NCBI GenBank assembly: GCA_913009895.1
Contig: CAJVXY010000002.1
Coordinates: 93,279-157,278 of the forward strand
Reading direction: 5' to 3'
Length of the DNA stretch: 64,000 nucleotides
From: an uncultured Acidiferrobacteraceae bacterium
GTDB taxonomy: Bacteria; Pseudomonadota; Gammaproteobacteria; Acidiferrobacterales; SZUA-150
Part shown: positions 18,733-28,916 of the stretch, piece by piece
How the letters are laid out: each line of letters starts with the position of its first letter
Position numbering within the stretch: position 1 is the stretch's first letter
Position numbers and translations under genes: made by a program
The notes under the pieces: model-generated
What the model was told of the DNA's origin: nothing
The model's input: only the letters and a program-made list of their open reading frames with translations
Database searches by the model: none

Positions 18733-19912
18733 AAATTATAAAAAATGGTTAACAATCCTGGCTGTTGCCGTTCTTGCGACAGGCACATCTTCCTGTGTAA
18801 CGGTACGGGCAACCGGGGACCTTGGGATCGTAATTGAACGGGCAACCGGTAGTGTGCAAATTATTGAGACAACTAACCGTACTGTTCTTGGGCGTGTCGA
18901 CAAGCTTGGTGATCTGTCTCATGCTTCAGTAGTTTATTCACGCGACCAGAAATATGCCTATGTTTTTGGACGGGATGGCGGGCTGACAAAAATTGATCTG
19001 ACTTCCCGATCTATCGATAAACGGGTTCTCCAGGCGGGAAACAGTATTGGTGGCGCTATATCAACGAATGGTCGACTGATAGCTGTCTCGAATTACAAAC
19101 CAGGCGGAGTCCGCGTGTTTAGTGCCGAAACGCTTGAGTTGGTTGCAGATATTCCGGCAACCTATGACAAGCAAGGCAGGCGCTCCAAGGTAGTAGGTCT
19201 GGTTGATGCACCAGGGCAAAAGTTTGTCTTTAGCCTGTTCGATGCCGGAGAAATTTGGGTTGCCGATTTTAGCAAATCAAATCAACCGGATATTACAAAA
19301 TTCAGACAAATCGGTAATCAGCCATACGATGCTTTAATTTCACCAGAGGGTCGTTATTATATTGCAGGCCTGTTTGGTGAGGATGGTTTGGCATTACTGG
19401 ATCTCTGGCACCAGGATGCTGGCGTAAAAAGAATTCTGAATGGATATGGTCGAGGTAAGAAAAAATTACCTGTTTATAAAATGCCGCACCTCGAGGGTTG
19501 GGCAATTGCCGGTGGCTATACTTTTGTACCGGCAGTGGGGCTACATGAAGTGCTGGTAATTAACAGGAGTAACTGGCGCGAGAAAAAAAGAATAGCAGTT
19601 TATGGTCAGCCGGTATTTGTTATGGCAAGTCCTGACCAGCGGAAAGTGTGGGTTAATTTTGCTTTTCCCAACAACGACACTGTCCAGGTAATCGATACAG
19701 AAACCCTTAAGGTGGTAAAACAAATAAAACCAGGAAAGGCCGTGATGCATATGGAATTTACTCCTCGTGGTGAGGAGGTATGGGTATCAGTCAGGGATGA
19801 AAATTTAGTGAAAGTGTACGACACCAGTACTTATAACGTGACCGCCTTGCTGAAAATGAAAAAACCGAGTGGAATTTTCATGTCAGCCAGGGCGCACCGT
19901 ATCGGGCTGTGA
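18722..19912 (+). CDS. nirF: Heme d1 biosynthesis protein NirF (cd1-like beta-propeller without heme c)
   Basis: Resembles the NirS d1 domain (ending KKPSGIFMSARAHRIGL) but has no CxxCH. GTG 18722 gives VKNRNYKKWLTILAVAVLATGTSSC, a possible lipoprotein-type signal. Confidence 0.85.
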   Translation: MKNRNYKKWLTILAVAVLATGTSSCVTVRATGDLGIVIERATGSVQIIETTNRTVLGRVDKLGDLSHASVVYSRDQKYAYVFGRDGGLTKIDLTSRSIDKRVLQAGNSIGGAISTNGRLIAVSNYKPGGVRVFSAETLELVADIPATYDKQGRRSKVVGLVDAPGQKFVFSLFDAGEIWVADFSKSNQPDITKFRQIGNQPYDALISPEGRYYIAGLFGEDGLALLDLWHQDAGVKRILNGYGRGKKKLPVYKMPHLEGWAIAGGYTFVPAVGLHEVLVINRSNWREKKRIAVYGQPVFVMASPDQRKVWVNFAFPNNDTVQVIDTETLKVVKQIKPGKAVMHMEFTPRGEEVWVSVRDENLVKVYDTSTYNVTALLKMKKPSGIFMSARAHRIGL

Positions 19913-19925
19913 GGGAGGGCTTTTG

Positions 19926-20381
19926 ATGAACCTCAATACCCTGGAAAAAAGACTCTTGAATGAGTTTCAGCGTAATTTTCCGCTGGCGAAAAAACCTTAT
20001 GCTGAAATTGCCATGAAACTGGGGGTTGACGAAAACCTGGTGTTGCAGATCCTGGAAAAATTACAGTCCATGGGCGTTATTAGTCGTGTCGGCGCTGTAT
20101 TTGAGCCACATCGTATTGGTGCCAGCACCCTGGCATCGATGACCGTGCCTGAATCAGAATTGATAGCTGTTGCCGATATTGTCAGTAGTTTTGTTGAAGT
20201 TAATCACAATTACGAGAGGGAGCATAAAATCAACTTGTGGTTCGTCGTCACTGCCAGGGATGATAAACATTTACAAAAAGTAATTCGTGAAATAGAAGAG
20301 CAAACCGGGTACGAAGTTATGCGCTTGCCAATGCTGGAAAATTATCATATTGACCTGGGGTTTGACTTAAAATGGACGTAA
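19926..20381 (+). CDS. nirD: Siroheme decarboxylase subunit NirD (Lrp/AsnC-like)
   Basis: The N-terminus LEKRLLNEFQRNFPLAKKPYAEIA is typical of NirD/AhbA-type proteins. ATG 19926 follows GGGAGGG. Confidence 0.8.
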   Translation: MNLNTLEKRLLNEFQRNFPLAKKPYAEIAMKLGVDENLVLQILEKLQSMGVISRVGAVFEPHRIGASTLASMTVPESELIAVADIVSSFVEVNHNYEREHKINLWFVVTARDDKHLQKVIREIEEQTGYEVMRLPMLENYHIDLGFDLKWT

Positions 20382-20938
20382 AAGTAACCGGGAAAACACT
20401 TATGCCAGGCCTGCAGGAGTTTGATGAGCAGGATTGGGCGCTGGTAAGACTGATCCAGACAGGATTACCAATTTTGTCTCGACCATACCAGGTATTGGCT
20501 GAGCAGACAGGGCTAACAGAAGAAGATGTAATAACAAGACTAAAAAGAATGCAGCAAACAGGTTGCATCAAACGCATGGGTGTCATTGTCAGGCATCGGG
20601 AGCTTGGCTACCGGGCCAACGCAATGGTGGTCTGGGATGTCCCGGATGAGCTGGTAACTGAAACAGGGCGTTGTTTAGGACAATTTGAATTTATCACTCT
20701 CTGTTATCGGAGACCACGTCACTTACCGGTCTGGCCGTATAATTTATTTTGCATGATTCACGGCCATAGTCGTGATGAAGTTTTGCAACGTCTCGGTATG
20801 CTGGTAGAAAAATGCAAGCTGGAATTTAAATACAAGATTCTGTTTAGCAAACGCTGTTTTAAACAACGTGGTGCTATTTACCAGCCTGTTCAGACTTCTG
20901 CGGATAAAACAAAAATTAATTTAACGGGTACCCGGTAA
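20372..20938 (+). CDS. nirL: Siroheme decarboxylase subunit NirL
   Basis: Paralogue of NirD/G/H: LIQTGLPILSRPYQVLAEQTG and YRRPRHLPVWPYNLFCMIHG. Overlaps the nirD stop. Confidence 0.8.
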   Translation: MDVKVTGKTLMPGLQEFDEQDWALVRLIQTGLPILSRPYQVLAEQTGLTEEDVITRLKRMQQTGCIKRMGVIVRHRELGYRANAMVVWDVPDELVTETGRCLGQFEFITLCYRRPRHLPVWPYNLFCMIHGHSRDEVLQRLGMLVEKCKLEFKYKILFSKRCFKQRGAIYQPVQTSADKTKINLTGTR

Positions 20939-20939
20939 T

Positions 20940-21389
20940 ATGCAACTGGACTCCCTTGACAGGCAGATTATTAATACATTGCAAAAAGGATTTCCTGTCT
21001 CGGAACGCCCCTACCATGATGTTGCAGAAATACTGGGCACCAGTGAAACGGAGCTTTTATCCAGGTTGCGAAAACTGCTAGATGATAACTACCTGACACG
21101 ATTTGGCCCCATGTACCAGGTCGAGAAACTGGGCGGTACCTTCACGCTGGCGGCCATGAAGGTACCAATAGAGCGATTTGACTCTGTAGCAGCGTATGTG
21201 AACAGTTTTTATGAGGTTGCACATAATTACCAGCGAGACCACGACTTTAACATGTGGTTTGTAATTGCTACCGAGAAAAAAGAAGAAATTAACAATGTGA
21301 TAGACCGAATAAAAACTTTGACTGGAATTAAAGTCTACAATATGCCAAAACAACAGGAATTTTTTATTAAACTCCAGCTCCATGTTTAG
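20940..21389 (+). CDS. nirG: Siroheme decarboxylase subunit NirG
   Basis: Paralogue: IINTLQKGFPVSERPYHDVAEILG and VAHNYQRDHDFNMWFVIA. Confidence 0.8.
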   Translation: MQLDSLDRQIINTLQKGFPVSERPYHDVAEILGTSETELLSRLRKLLDDNYLTRFGPMYQVEKLGGTFTLAAMKVPIERFDSVAAYVNSFYEVAHNYQRDHDFNMWFVIATEKKEEINNVIDRIKTLTGIKVYNMPKQQEFFIKLQLHV

Positions 21390-21405
21390 ATGAGAAGCTC
21401 AAGAA

Positions 21406-21936
21406 ATGTTTAACAAAAATATTGACGAGGAAAAAAAATCCAGTGAAATTGACGATATAGATCGTCAATTGATTATTGCTACCCAAAAAGGCCTGCCTCT
21501 GGATCCACGCCCATATAATGAAGTGGCAAAAAAACTTGGAATTACAGCATCAGAGGTCAGGCAAAGACTGGAGCTTATGCTTGAGCGCAAAATCATAAGA
21601 CGTATCGGTGCGGTACCAAATCATTATCGCCTCGGTTACCGCGCAAACGGTATGACTGTATGGGATGTACCGGACAGGAAAATTACAGAGCTTGGAAAAA
21701 AAGTAGGCACACTGGAATTTGTCAGTCATTGTTATCAGCGGCCAAGACATTTACCGGAGTGGCCATATAACCTGTTTGCAATGGTGCATGCAAAAGACCG
21801 TAGCGAGGCTATGAAAATGACTGATAAAATAGCTGCGCTGCTTGGCAAAGATAATCATGGTCATGATGTTTTGTTCAGCACTCGTATCCTGAAAAAGAGC
21901 GGATTAAGGCTAGTTTCAAAAACGAATGATTATTGA
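21406..21936 (+). CDS. nirH: Siroheme decarboxylase subunit NirH
   Basis: Paralogue: ATQKGLPLDPRPYNEVAKKLG and YQRPRHLPEWPYNLFAMVHA. Confidence 0.8.
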   Translation: MFNKNIDEEKKSSEIDDIDRQLIIATQKGLPLDPRPYNEVAKKLGITASEVRQRLELMLERKIIRRIGAVPNHYRLGYRANGMTVWDVPDRKITELGKKVGTLEFVSHCYQRPRHLPEWPYNLFAMVHAKDRSEAMKMTDKIAALLGKDNHGHDVLFSTRILKKSGLRLVSKTNDY

Positions 21937-21966
21937 TAAACAAAAACTGGTGTAAAAGGTCTCAGG

Positions 21967-23169
21967 ATGTTTCGTATTAGTCGGTACATGCAAGAGTTGG
22001 CAAATCCATCCCCGTTGGCGGAGGTAAAAAAACCATCGGGACCTGTTGTCATCTGGAACTTAATACGACGGTGTAATTTAACTTGCAAACACTGTTATTC
22101 CATTTCAGCTGATAAGGATTTCGCAGGTGAATTATCGACAAAAGAAGTCCTTACTGTAATGGACGACCTTAAGGCCTTCGGCGTTCCGGTTTTAATATTA
22201 TCTGGCGGCGAGCCGCTTTTACGCCCGGATATATTTGAATTATCCCGCCATGCCAAAAAAATGGGATTTTATGTAGGCTTGTCCACCAATGGCACATTGA
22301 TAGATGAAAATAACATTCGGGATATTGTCGATGTGGGATATGACTATGTTGGCATTAGTATAGATGGGCTTCGGGAAACACATGATCGTTTTCGACGTAA
22401 GCAGGGCGCCTATGATGCTTCCATGCATGGGATAAGTTTATGTCGAGACCAGGGGATAAAAGTGGGTCTGCGTTTTACCATGACAAGTGATAATGCCCAT
22501 GAGTTTCCGGAATTACTGGAATTAATGGAACAGGAAAAAATTGACAAGTTTTATCTTTCCCATCTTAATTACGCGGGACGTGGCAATAAAAACAGAATGG
22601 ATGACGCCGTCTTGAAAACGACCAGGCAGGTTATGGACAAACTTTTTGATACTTGCTGGAGCCACGTACAACGTGGTGACAAAAAAGAATATGTTACTGG
22701 CAATAACGATGCCGATGCTGTTTATTTATTACAGTGGATAAAACAAAAATTTCCTGACAAGTATGAGCATATGAGAGCAAAACTCGCTCAATGGGGCGGC
22801 AACTCATCTGGCATCAATATATCCAATATTGATAACCTGGGTAATGTGCATCCTGACACATTCTGGTGGCACTACGGTCTGGGAAATGTACGTGAACGTC
22901 CGTTTTCGCATATCTGGCAGGATACCACTGATCCCCTGATGGCTGGTCTTAAATCATCACCCAGGCCTGTAAAAGGTCGTTGTGGACAATGCCGGTATCT
23001 TGACGTTTGTAATGGCAATACCAGGGTGCGAGCCCACCAGTTAACCGGTGATCTGTGGGCTGAAGATCCGGCATGTTATTTAACGGATGAGGAGATTGGT
23101 GTTACCGGTACCGGCGAACGCCTCAAACTTAGCCCTTATACCAGGACAAAAAAAATTGCACGTAACTGA
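21967..23169 (+). CDS. nirJ: Radical SAM heme d1 biosynthesis enzyme NirJ
   Basis: CNLTCKHCY radical-SAM cluster motif and a C-terminal auxiliary Cys cluster (CGQCRYLDVCNG), in the nir context. Confidence 0.9.
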   Translation: MFRISRYMQELANPSPLAEVKKPSGPVVIWNLIRRCNLTCKHCYSISADKDFAGELSTKEVLTVMDDLKAFGVPVLILSGGEPLLRPDIFELSRHAKKMGFYVGLSTNGTLIDENNIRDIVDVGYDYVGISIDGLRETHDRFRRKQGAYDASMHGISLCRDQGIKVGLRFTMTSDNAHEFPELLELMEQEKIDKFYLSHLNYAGRGNKNRMDDAVLKTTRQVMDKLFDTCWSHVQRGDKKEYVTGNNDADAVYLLQWIKQKFPDKYEHMRAKLAQWGGNSSGINISNIDNLGNVHPDTFWWHYGLGNVRERPFSHIWQDTTDPLMAGLKSSPRPVKGRCGQCRYLDVCNGNTRVRAHQLTGDLWAEDPACYLTDEEIGVTGTGERLKLSPYTRTKKIARN

Positions 23170-23194
23170 GGATTATCAACAGGATTATAAAGTC

Positions 23195-24757
23195 GTGCAA
23201 TACAAGAAATTTTCACTAAAAAAAATTTGCCAGTCATTGGCTCTTGTTTTACTGGTTGTCCCAGCTATAAGCCATTCAGGCACATCTTTATATAAAGAAC
23301 ATTGCGCAAGTTGCCATGGTGTAGACCGCCTTGGCGGTAACGGTCCGGCCTTGTTACCAGAAAACCTGAGACGGTTAAAACGACCAAACGCGGTCAAGAC
23401 AATCCTGAATGGTCGTATTGCGACACAGATGCCAGCATTCGGCACAAAACTATCGAGGCAACAGGCTGAAAAACTGGTTGATCTCATTTACACACCTCCT
23501 GCAAAGAAGCCACGCTGGGGTGAAAATGAAATAAACAACACACATGTTTTTTATAAATACAAAAATGCTCTTTCAGATAAACCGGTATTCAAGGCTGATC
23601 CGCTTAACCTGTTTGTTGTAGTAGAAGTCGGTGATCATCACGTCACAATTTTGGATGGCGATACGTTTGAGCCGATCCACCGTTTTCCAAGTCGTTATGC
23701 CTTACATGGTGGCCCTAAATTTTCTCCAGATGGTCGATATGTTTATTTTGCATCAAGAGATGGCTGGATAAGTAAATTCGATATCTATAATCTGAAAACA
23801 GTTGCAGAAATACGCGCCGGAATTAACACGAGAAACGCTGCTGTTTCCAGTGACGGGCGTTTTGTCATTGTCGGTAACTACTTACCACATACGCTGGTAA
23901 TTCTGAATGCATCAGACCTGACTCTGAATAAAATAATATCTGTAGATGATCAAATGGGTAAAACATCGCGGGTCAGTGCAGTTTACGATGCAGCTCCACG
24001 TAAGAGTTTTATCGTTGCCCTCAAGGACATCCCTGAGGTTTGGGAGATTCCTTATACGGAAGATCATGAGCCAATATATCCCGGCCTCGTCCATGATTAC
24101 CGGATGGACGAAGCGCTGGCATTAAAAGGACCATTTCCGGTGAGGCGTATTAAACTGGATGATTACCTGGATGATTTTTTCTTCGATCAAAGCTACAACA
24201 ACCTGATAGGCGCTGCCCGAAATAGCAAAAAAGGGCAGGTGGTTAACCTGCTTGTAGGCCGCAAGGTTGCCGATGTTGCGCTTCCCGGGTTGCCGCATTT
24301 AGGATCAGGGATTACATGGCCATATAAGGGCACCATGGTACTGGCAACGCCAAATTTAAAACAAGGTGTTGTCAGTATTATTGATATGAAGAACTGGAAA
24401 ACTATTAAACGTATTAAAACATTAGGGCCAGGTTTTTTTATGCGCAGCCATGAAAATACACCTTATGCCTGGGTAGATGTTTTCTTTGGGCCAGACCGGG
24501 ACGCAGTTCATATTATTGATAAACGAAACCTGAAGATAATAAAAACATTACGCCCAGCGCCAGGAAAGATCGCTGCCCATGTAGAGTTTACTCGTGATGG
24601 ACGTTACGCATTACTTAGTATCTGGGATAATGATGGCGCTCTAGTAGTCTATGATGCAAATTCTCTGAAAGAAGTAAAACGAATACCCATGAAAAAACCT
24701 TCTGGCAAGTACAACGTATTTAACAAAATTCACCGATCAAGAGGCACAAGCCACTAG
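23195..24757 (+). CDS. nirN: NirN (cytochrome c + cd1-like propeller; dihydro-heme d1 dehydrogenase)
   Basis: Signal peptide, CASCHG and a NirS/NirF-like propeller (ending KKPSGKYNVFNK). The track ORF starts at 23087 inside nirJ. GTG 23195, after AGGA, gives a sensible signal peptide. Confidence 0.85.
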   Translation: MQYKKFSLKKICQSLALVLLVVPAISHSGTSLYKEHCASCHGVDRLGGNGPALLPENLRRLKRPNAVKTILNGRIATQMPAFGTKLSRQQAEKLVDLIYTPPAKKPRWGENEINNTHVFYKYKNALSDKPVFKADPLNLFVVVEVGDHHVTILDGDTFEPIHRFPSRYALHGGPKFSPDGRYVYFASRDGWISKFDIYNLKTVAEIRAGINTRNAAVSSDGRFVIVGNYLPHTLVILNASDLTLNKIISVDDQMGKTSRVSAVYDAAPRKSFIVALKDIPEVWEIPYTEDHEPIYPGLVHDYRMDEALALKGPFPVRRIKLDDYLDDFFFDQSYNNLIGAARNSKKGQVVNLLVGRKVADVALPGLPHLGSGITWPYKGTMVLATPNLKQGVVSIIDMKNWKTIKRIKTLGPGFFMRSHENTPYAWVDVFFGPDRDAVHIIDKRNLKIIKTLRPAPGKIAAHVEFTRDGRYALLSIWDNDGALVVYDANSLKEVKRIPMKKPSGKYNVFNKIHRSRGTSH

Positions 24758-24803
24758 CGCGATGTTAAAAATATATTTTCAAATAACCAGACAGAAAATA
24801 TTC

Positions 24804-25487
24804 TTAACAGACAAAGTTGCGCAATCCTTCCGGGTCATTCACGTGTATAATAGCCCCTTCAACCTTTATTAATCCAATCTTGCTAAGGTTGTGAAAAATC
24901 CGTGATAAAGACTCTGGCTGAACAGACAACCGGGACGCCACTACAGATTTTGGTAATCTTAATTTTACCTCAGAAGGATCTTTGGAGCCTTCAGGCAGGT
25001 GTTGAAGTAAATAGCTAACAAATCTCAAGGTAGCATTTTGTAACGACAGGGACTCGATATCATTCAGGCGACTCCTGAGCCTCATACTCATATCCGCCAT
25101 TACCTGAAAACAAGTATCAACATTCTCGTGTAATATTTCGATGAATATCTCGTTATCAAAGGCGATAACTTCACTCTCTGCTAATGCCTCGGCGTTAACA
25201 GGGTATGTTTGACGTTTCATAAACATGATGGCTTCTGCAAATGTTTGTTGCGGGCCAACAACATCTACAACTTTTTCAGTGCCGTCAATAGAGAGTCTAT
25301 AAAGTTTAAATAATCCACTTCTCACCAAATAGAAATGTTTGGCATGATCATTGCGCCTGAATAATAATTCTCCCTCATCTAACTGCACGATAGAGATTGT
25401 TTCGATTACTTTGGTTAGCTGCTCTTCGGTCATCCCTGAAAAAAGATGGTTCTGGGAAAGTTCCTTATGTGAGGATAGTTGATTCAT
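24804..25487 (-). CDS. dnr: CRP/FNR-family transcription regulator, Dnr/NnrR-type (no N-terminal Cys cluster)
   Basis: cNMP-binding-like fold (LFRRNDHAKHFYLVRSGLFKLYR) and a C-terminal HTH with the E--SR recognition motif (PESLSRIF). No FNR-type Cys cluster. Convergent with nirN. Confidence 0.8.
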   Translation of the reverse strand: MNQLSSHKELSQNHLFSGMTEEQLTKVIETISIVQLDEGELLFRRNDHAKHFYLVRSGLFKLYRLSIDGTEKVVDVVGPQQTFAEAIMFMKRQTYPVNAEALAESEVIAFDNEIFIEILHENVDTCFQVMADMSMRLRSRLNDIESLSLQNATLRFVSYLLQHLPEGSKDPSEVKLRLPKSVVASRLSVQPESLSRIFHNLSKIGLIKVEGAIIHVNDPEGLRNFVC

Positions 25488-25700
25488 AACGAATGGCCAG
25501 CCAGTCAGATTGAAAGATAACTCGTTAAATTATGCTTATTCTAGCACAATACTGGCCAGCAAGCGGAGCCTGTTCAGCTACGTTTCAATCCCTAATCCTG
25601 GTAAAGGCCATGATCTGCCAGAAGGGTAAAAACTGAAAAGTACTACTTCGACAGGCCCGGTTGTGAAAGCAGGCATGGGCGGGTTTTTTGTCCTTGATGA

Positions 25701-26162
25701 TCAGGTAGCCAACGACCGATAAATCCATGACATAACTTGCTCGGCTACGATTATTGCAATTACTACAACAATAAACGCAAACAGTCCATGTATTGGTCCT
25801 TTAAATAATACACTGTTGCCAAATGAAAAATTGATAGCCTGGAGTATCACCAGCTTTGAAACAAAAAGTATCACCCAGGTGGAAAGGACGCGTAGCACCC
25901 TGGCTTTTATGCCCGACATCTTTTTAAAATAGTTGGCTACCCGGTGCTCAATTACGAGAGTTGCCTGCAACAATACTTGCAGTAGCAATGCGGTCATTAA
26001 TGAAATCACGAAAGATTGAATAAAAACATAATCCCAATATTGATTGAGCAGGTTTAACACCGTTAGATCAATCAATACGAAATACGTATATTTGAAAAAT
26101 AATTGTTGTCGCCTCGAGAATGATCCGGCATGTTTATTCTCAATTACTTTTTTTGGTAGCAT
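25701..26162 (-). CDS. Hypothetical 4-TM membrane protein
   Basis: 153 aa with four predicted hydrophobic helices. No family recognised. Confidence 0.45.
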   Translation of the reverse strand: MLPKKVIENKHAGSFSRRQQLFFKYTYFVLIDLTVLNLLNQYWDYVFIQSFVISLMTALLLQVLLQATLVIEHRVANYFKKMSGIKARVLRVLSTWVILFVSKLVILQAINFSFGNSVLFKGPIHGLFAFIVVVIAIIVAEQVMSWIYRSLAT

Positions 26163-26207
26163 GAAGTGTTCCCTGGATTATCAGCTATTGTTTGACGTAT
26201 TCGAGAA

Positions 26208-26660
26208 TTATTTTGCGTTATCTGACAGTTTATTTCGCTCTGCCTGAAATTTCTTTGTCACACTTTGAAATGTCGACATCAATGCAGCTGTGGATACACC
26301 AATCATTAAAACGCCATTGATGGCTTCAAGGGCACCAAGCAGTCTGTATTTTTCAGACATAACGATATCGCCATAACCCAGGGAGCCAAAATTTACAGCG
26401 GAGTGGTAGAATGCAGTATCGAACTTTTGAAACTCGCCTAATAGCAGGAACAACAGCGCCCATACTGCGATTTGACCAAGGTTACCGATAACCAGTATCA
26501 ACATGATGCTATTGATAAGCACCAGGCTGGATAAAAACGATATATGATCACTGATGTGTTGTTTGCGATAGTAGTAACGAATGGCAACAACCAGCAGAAT
26601 TGTTTGCAGCAATAAACTTAGCACCATCGTTGGCAAGCCCAGTAGAAAGTTTGTAAGCAT
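26208..26660 (-). CDS. Small potassium-channel-like protein (pore loop GYGD)
   Basis: Selectivity-filter-like FGSLGYGDIV flanked by TM helices. 150 aa. Confidence 0.65.
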   Translation of the reverse strand: MLTNFLLGLPTMVLSLLLQTILLVVAIRYYYRKQHISDHISFLSSLVLINSIMLILVIGNLGQIAVWALLFLLLGEFQKFDTAFYHSAVNFGSLGYGDIVMSEKYRLLGALEAINGVLMIGVSTAALMSTFQSVTKKFQAERNKLSDNAK

Positions 26661-26680
26661 TTATTTAAGTCTCCGAAGGT

Positions 26681-27709
26681 TTATACGTTTGATACTGCCT
26701 GTTTGGCTTGTCGATGAGTACGAAGATATTCCAGGATATACAAGGCTAGCCAGGCATAAAGGGTGATGCCGATAAACAGACTCATGCGGCTAAAGAATGC
26801 TGCATACACGTCTTTGCCGTTGGCACTGTCTGCGACTGCCGGGCCAAGCATAATCAACATGGTCATTGCCACATTCAACCAGAAAGAGGCCGGGAACCGG
26901 GTCGGGATTAATTGGTAGATTTTGCAGGCGAAGTACAGGCTGGCCAATAACATCCATAAAAAGAACATCCACAAATTGGTGTAGATGCCTAGCAGTGCCC
27001 AGAAAATAACTGCAAAAATACCACCCAGAAAAGTGGAGCCCAACAGTTCTCTGCCCGCATCTTTTGCATCTAACATGGAGCTTTGTTGGCCCAGTAATAC
27101 CGCTTTCATGATAACAGCTATGTATGCAGCGGGGTTGGTGAGTACCAGCCAATAAACGGGCAGTACAATTACAGTGCTGCGTAGTGCTATCCAGTTGGAT
27201 TGATCTGGTGTCACTGGTTTTTCCGGTTTTTCTGCAGCCGTGGCAGGGTCTTCCGGTAACCAGGGATAAATTATCCACTGACAAAAAACAGCGATACTGG
27301 CACCCAGGGCAAGGCTCTCAATGACCGTGATTGCAAGACTGAAACTGACTGTACCGACCGCAGATATAAGTGTGAAACCGATTATGAGAAAAGTACCAAA
27401 CAGGGCTTTGCCCATGTTAACGGTCAGGTAGTTACTAAAATACAGGCCCACGGCCACCAATAAAAAAGCAGTAAACTGAAAATGCAGTAAAAGTGGAATC
27501 AGCAGGAGTCCCACGCCACAAGTGATGAATATCACAACCACCAACCCAAGCAATTTCTTTGGGCCCATGGGCGGTCCGGGCATTGCTGCAAACAAGAAGG
27601 CAAGTAAGGGCGCAATAAAAGGCAACGGTATTTGCAGGCCATAGGCGATCACCAGGGTCAGCGCTGGAATAATGCTTAATCGAAAAATACGTCTGGCCTG
27701 GATATGCAT
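26681..27709 (-). CDS. FUSC-like / DUF2955-type inner-membrane efflux component
   Basis: Polytopic 342 aa protein downstream of and co-oriented with the MFP and OMF genes. The N-terminus RLSIIPALTLVIAYGLQIPLPFIAPLL is typical of fusaric-acid-resistance-like proteins. Confidence 0.6.
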   Translation of the reverse strand: MHIQARRIFRLSIIPALTLVIAYGLQIPLPFIAPLLAFLFAAMPGPPMGPKKLLGLVVVIFITCGVGLLLIPLLLHFQFTAFLLVAVGLYFSNYLTVNMGKALFGTFLIIGFTLISAVGTVSFSLAITVIESLALGASIAVFCQWIIYPWLPEDPATAAEKPEKPVTPDQSNWIALRSTVIVLPVYWLVLTNPAAYIAVIMKAVLLGQQSSMLDAKDAGRELLGSTFLGGIFAVIFWALLGIYTNLWMFFLWMLLASLYFACKIYQLIPTRFPASFWLNVAMTMLIMLGPAVADSANGKDVYAAFFSRMSLFIGITLYAWLALYILEYLRTHRQAKQAVSNV

Positions 27710-27767
27710 CGTGAACTATCAGTTGAGAGACACTGGAGAGAATTTGCAACAATCAGTCACGTTGAAT

Positions 27768-28916
27768 TTAGTAGGCATAGGAGAACAGGCTCATGATGCG
27801 GATGTAGATCATGCCAATCAGTTGTGTTAACCAGGCGCCATCACTGTAGGCGATTACCTCTGCCTGGCCACCTATGCGCACATGTTTTCGAATACGGGCG
27901 CGATGCTCATCATCAATTTCTATCATGACTGGATAACGTTGTGATTGGCGTAACCAGTCACGATTGTTCTCTATGGTTGGTAAATTACCCGCCGATGGTG
28001 GCTGTCCGGCAGCGACCCCGAGACCAATACTGCGTACTTTACCGCTAAAGACATTGCCTGGCATGGCATCAATCACCAGTTCTACTGGTGTGCCCACCTG
28101 CATATGCCCCAGATTATTTTCAGTAAACTCAGCCCGTATCCAGTAGTCCTGTATGGCGATAAGCGTCATTATCGCAGCGCCACTGCCAGCAAACTGACCA
28201 ACATCTGCACGTAGTTCAGTGATGATCCCCGCCGCGGAAGCACGGACAACGGTATTTTCGAGATCTAAAGCCGCTTTTTCGACGGCGCTTTGTGCCGTTT
28301 TAAGTTGCGCATTATCCTGGCCTTCACCGCCTTTTTGTTCTTTGGCCCGTTGAATTTCAGCTTTTGCAGCCTGTACTTTAGCCCGCGCCTGTTTTGCCGA
28401 GGCGCGCGACATTTCCAGGCGCCTGACGGAAATTGCTCCCTCATCCTCCTTATATAATCGTTCCTGACGTCTGACATCCTGTTCTGTTTTGGTTGCGTTG
28501 GCCTTGGCAGCCAGCAGTTTCGCTTCGGCCGACGCCACGCCGGCTGCACCCGCGCCAATCTGATTTTTAGTTTTTTCCAGATCAGACCTGGCCCGTTTCA
28601 GGGCAATTTCATATTGTGAACGGTCAATCTCAAACAGAGGCTGTTCTGCTGTCACAGTTTCATTGTTCTTCACCCAGACCCTGGTAACCACACCACCGAC
28701 TTTGGGCGCAACACCAACCACAAAACCCTGTATTCGCGCCTGTTGTGTGTAAGGCGTGTACCTGTCGGAGACCAGGTACCAGACCAGGCTCAAAATAATT
28801 GCCAGCAGGATACCGGCAGTGCCTTTCTTGATCGAGGAGAGCGCTTTATTACCCTCATCCTCAGTATCTTGTTCTGCGTCAACAGTGAGTTTTTGTTCTT
28901 TTTCAGTCATCTTCAA
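27768..28916 (-). CDS. HlyD/EmrA-family membrane fusion protein
   Basis: N-terminal TM, long Ala/Lys/Gln coiled coil, and barrel-sandwich segments (RIQGFVVGVAPKVGGVVTRVWV..., GTPVELVIDAMPG). Confidence 0.85.
   Translation of the reverse strand: MKMTEKEQKLTVDAEQDTEDEGNKALSSIKKGTAGILLAIILSLVWYLVSDRYTPYTQQARIQGFVVGVAPKVGGVVTRVWVKNNETVTAEQPLFEIDRSQYEIALKRARSDLEKTKNQIGAGAAGVASAEAKLLAAKANATKTEQDVRRQERLYKEDEGAISVRRLEMSRASAKQARAKVQAAKAEIQRAKEQKGGEGQDNAQLKTAQSAVEKAALDLENTVVRASAAGIITELRADVGQFAGSGAAIMTLIAIQDYWIRAEFTENNLGHMQVGTPVELVIDAMPGNVFSGKVRSIGLGVAAGQPPSAGNLPTIENNRDWLRQSQRYPVMIEIDDEHRARIRKHVRIGGQAEVIAYSDGAWLTQLIGMIYIRIMSLFSYAY

Noticed and set aside
25640-25682. A G/C segment followed by TTTTTT (ggcccgg...ggcgggttttttg), as a terminator.
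   Set aside because: Only about 4 bp of complementarity. The T-run is on the plus strand, whereas both neighbouring genes are on the minus strand.
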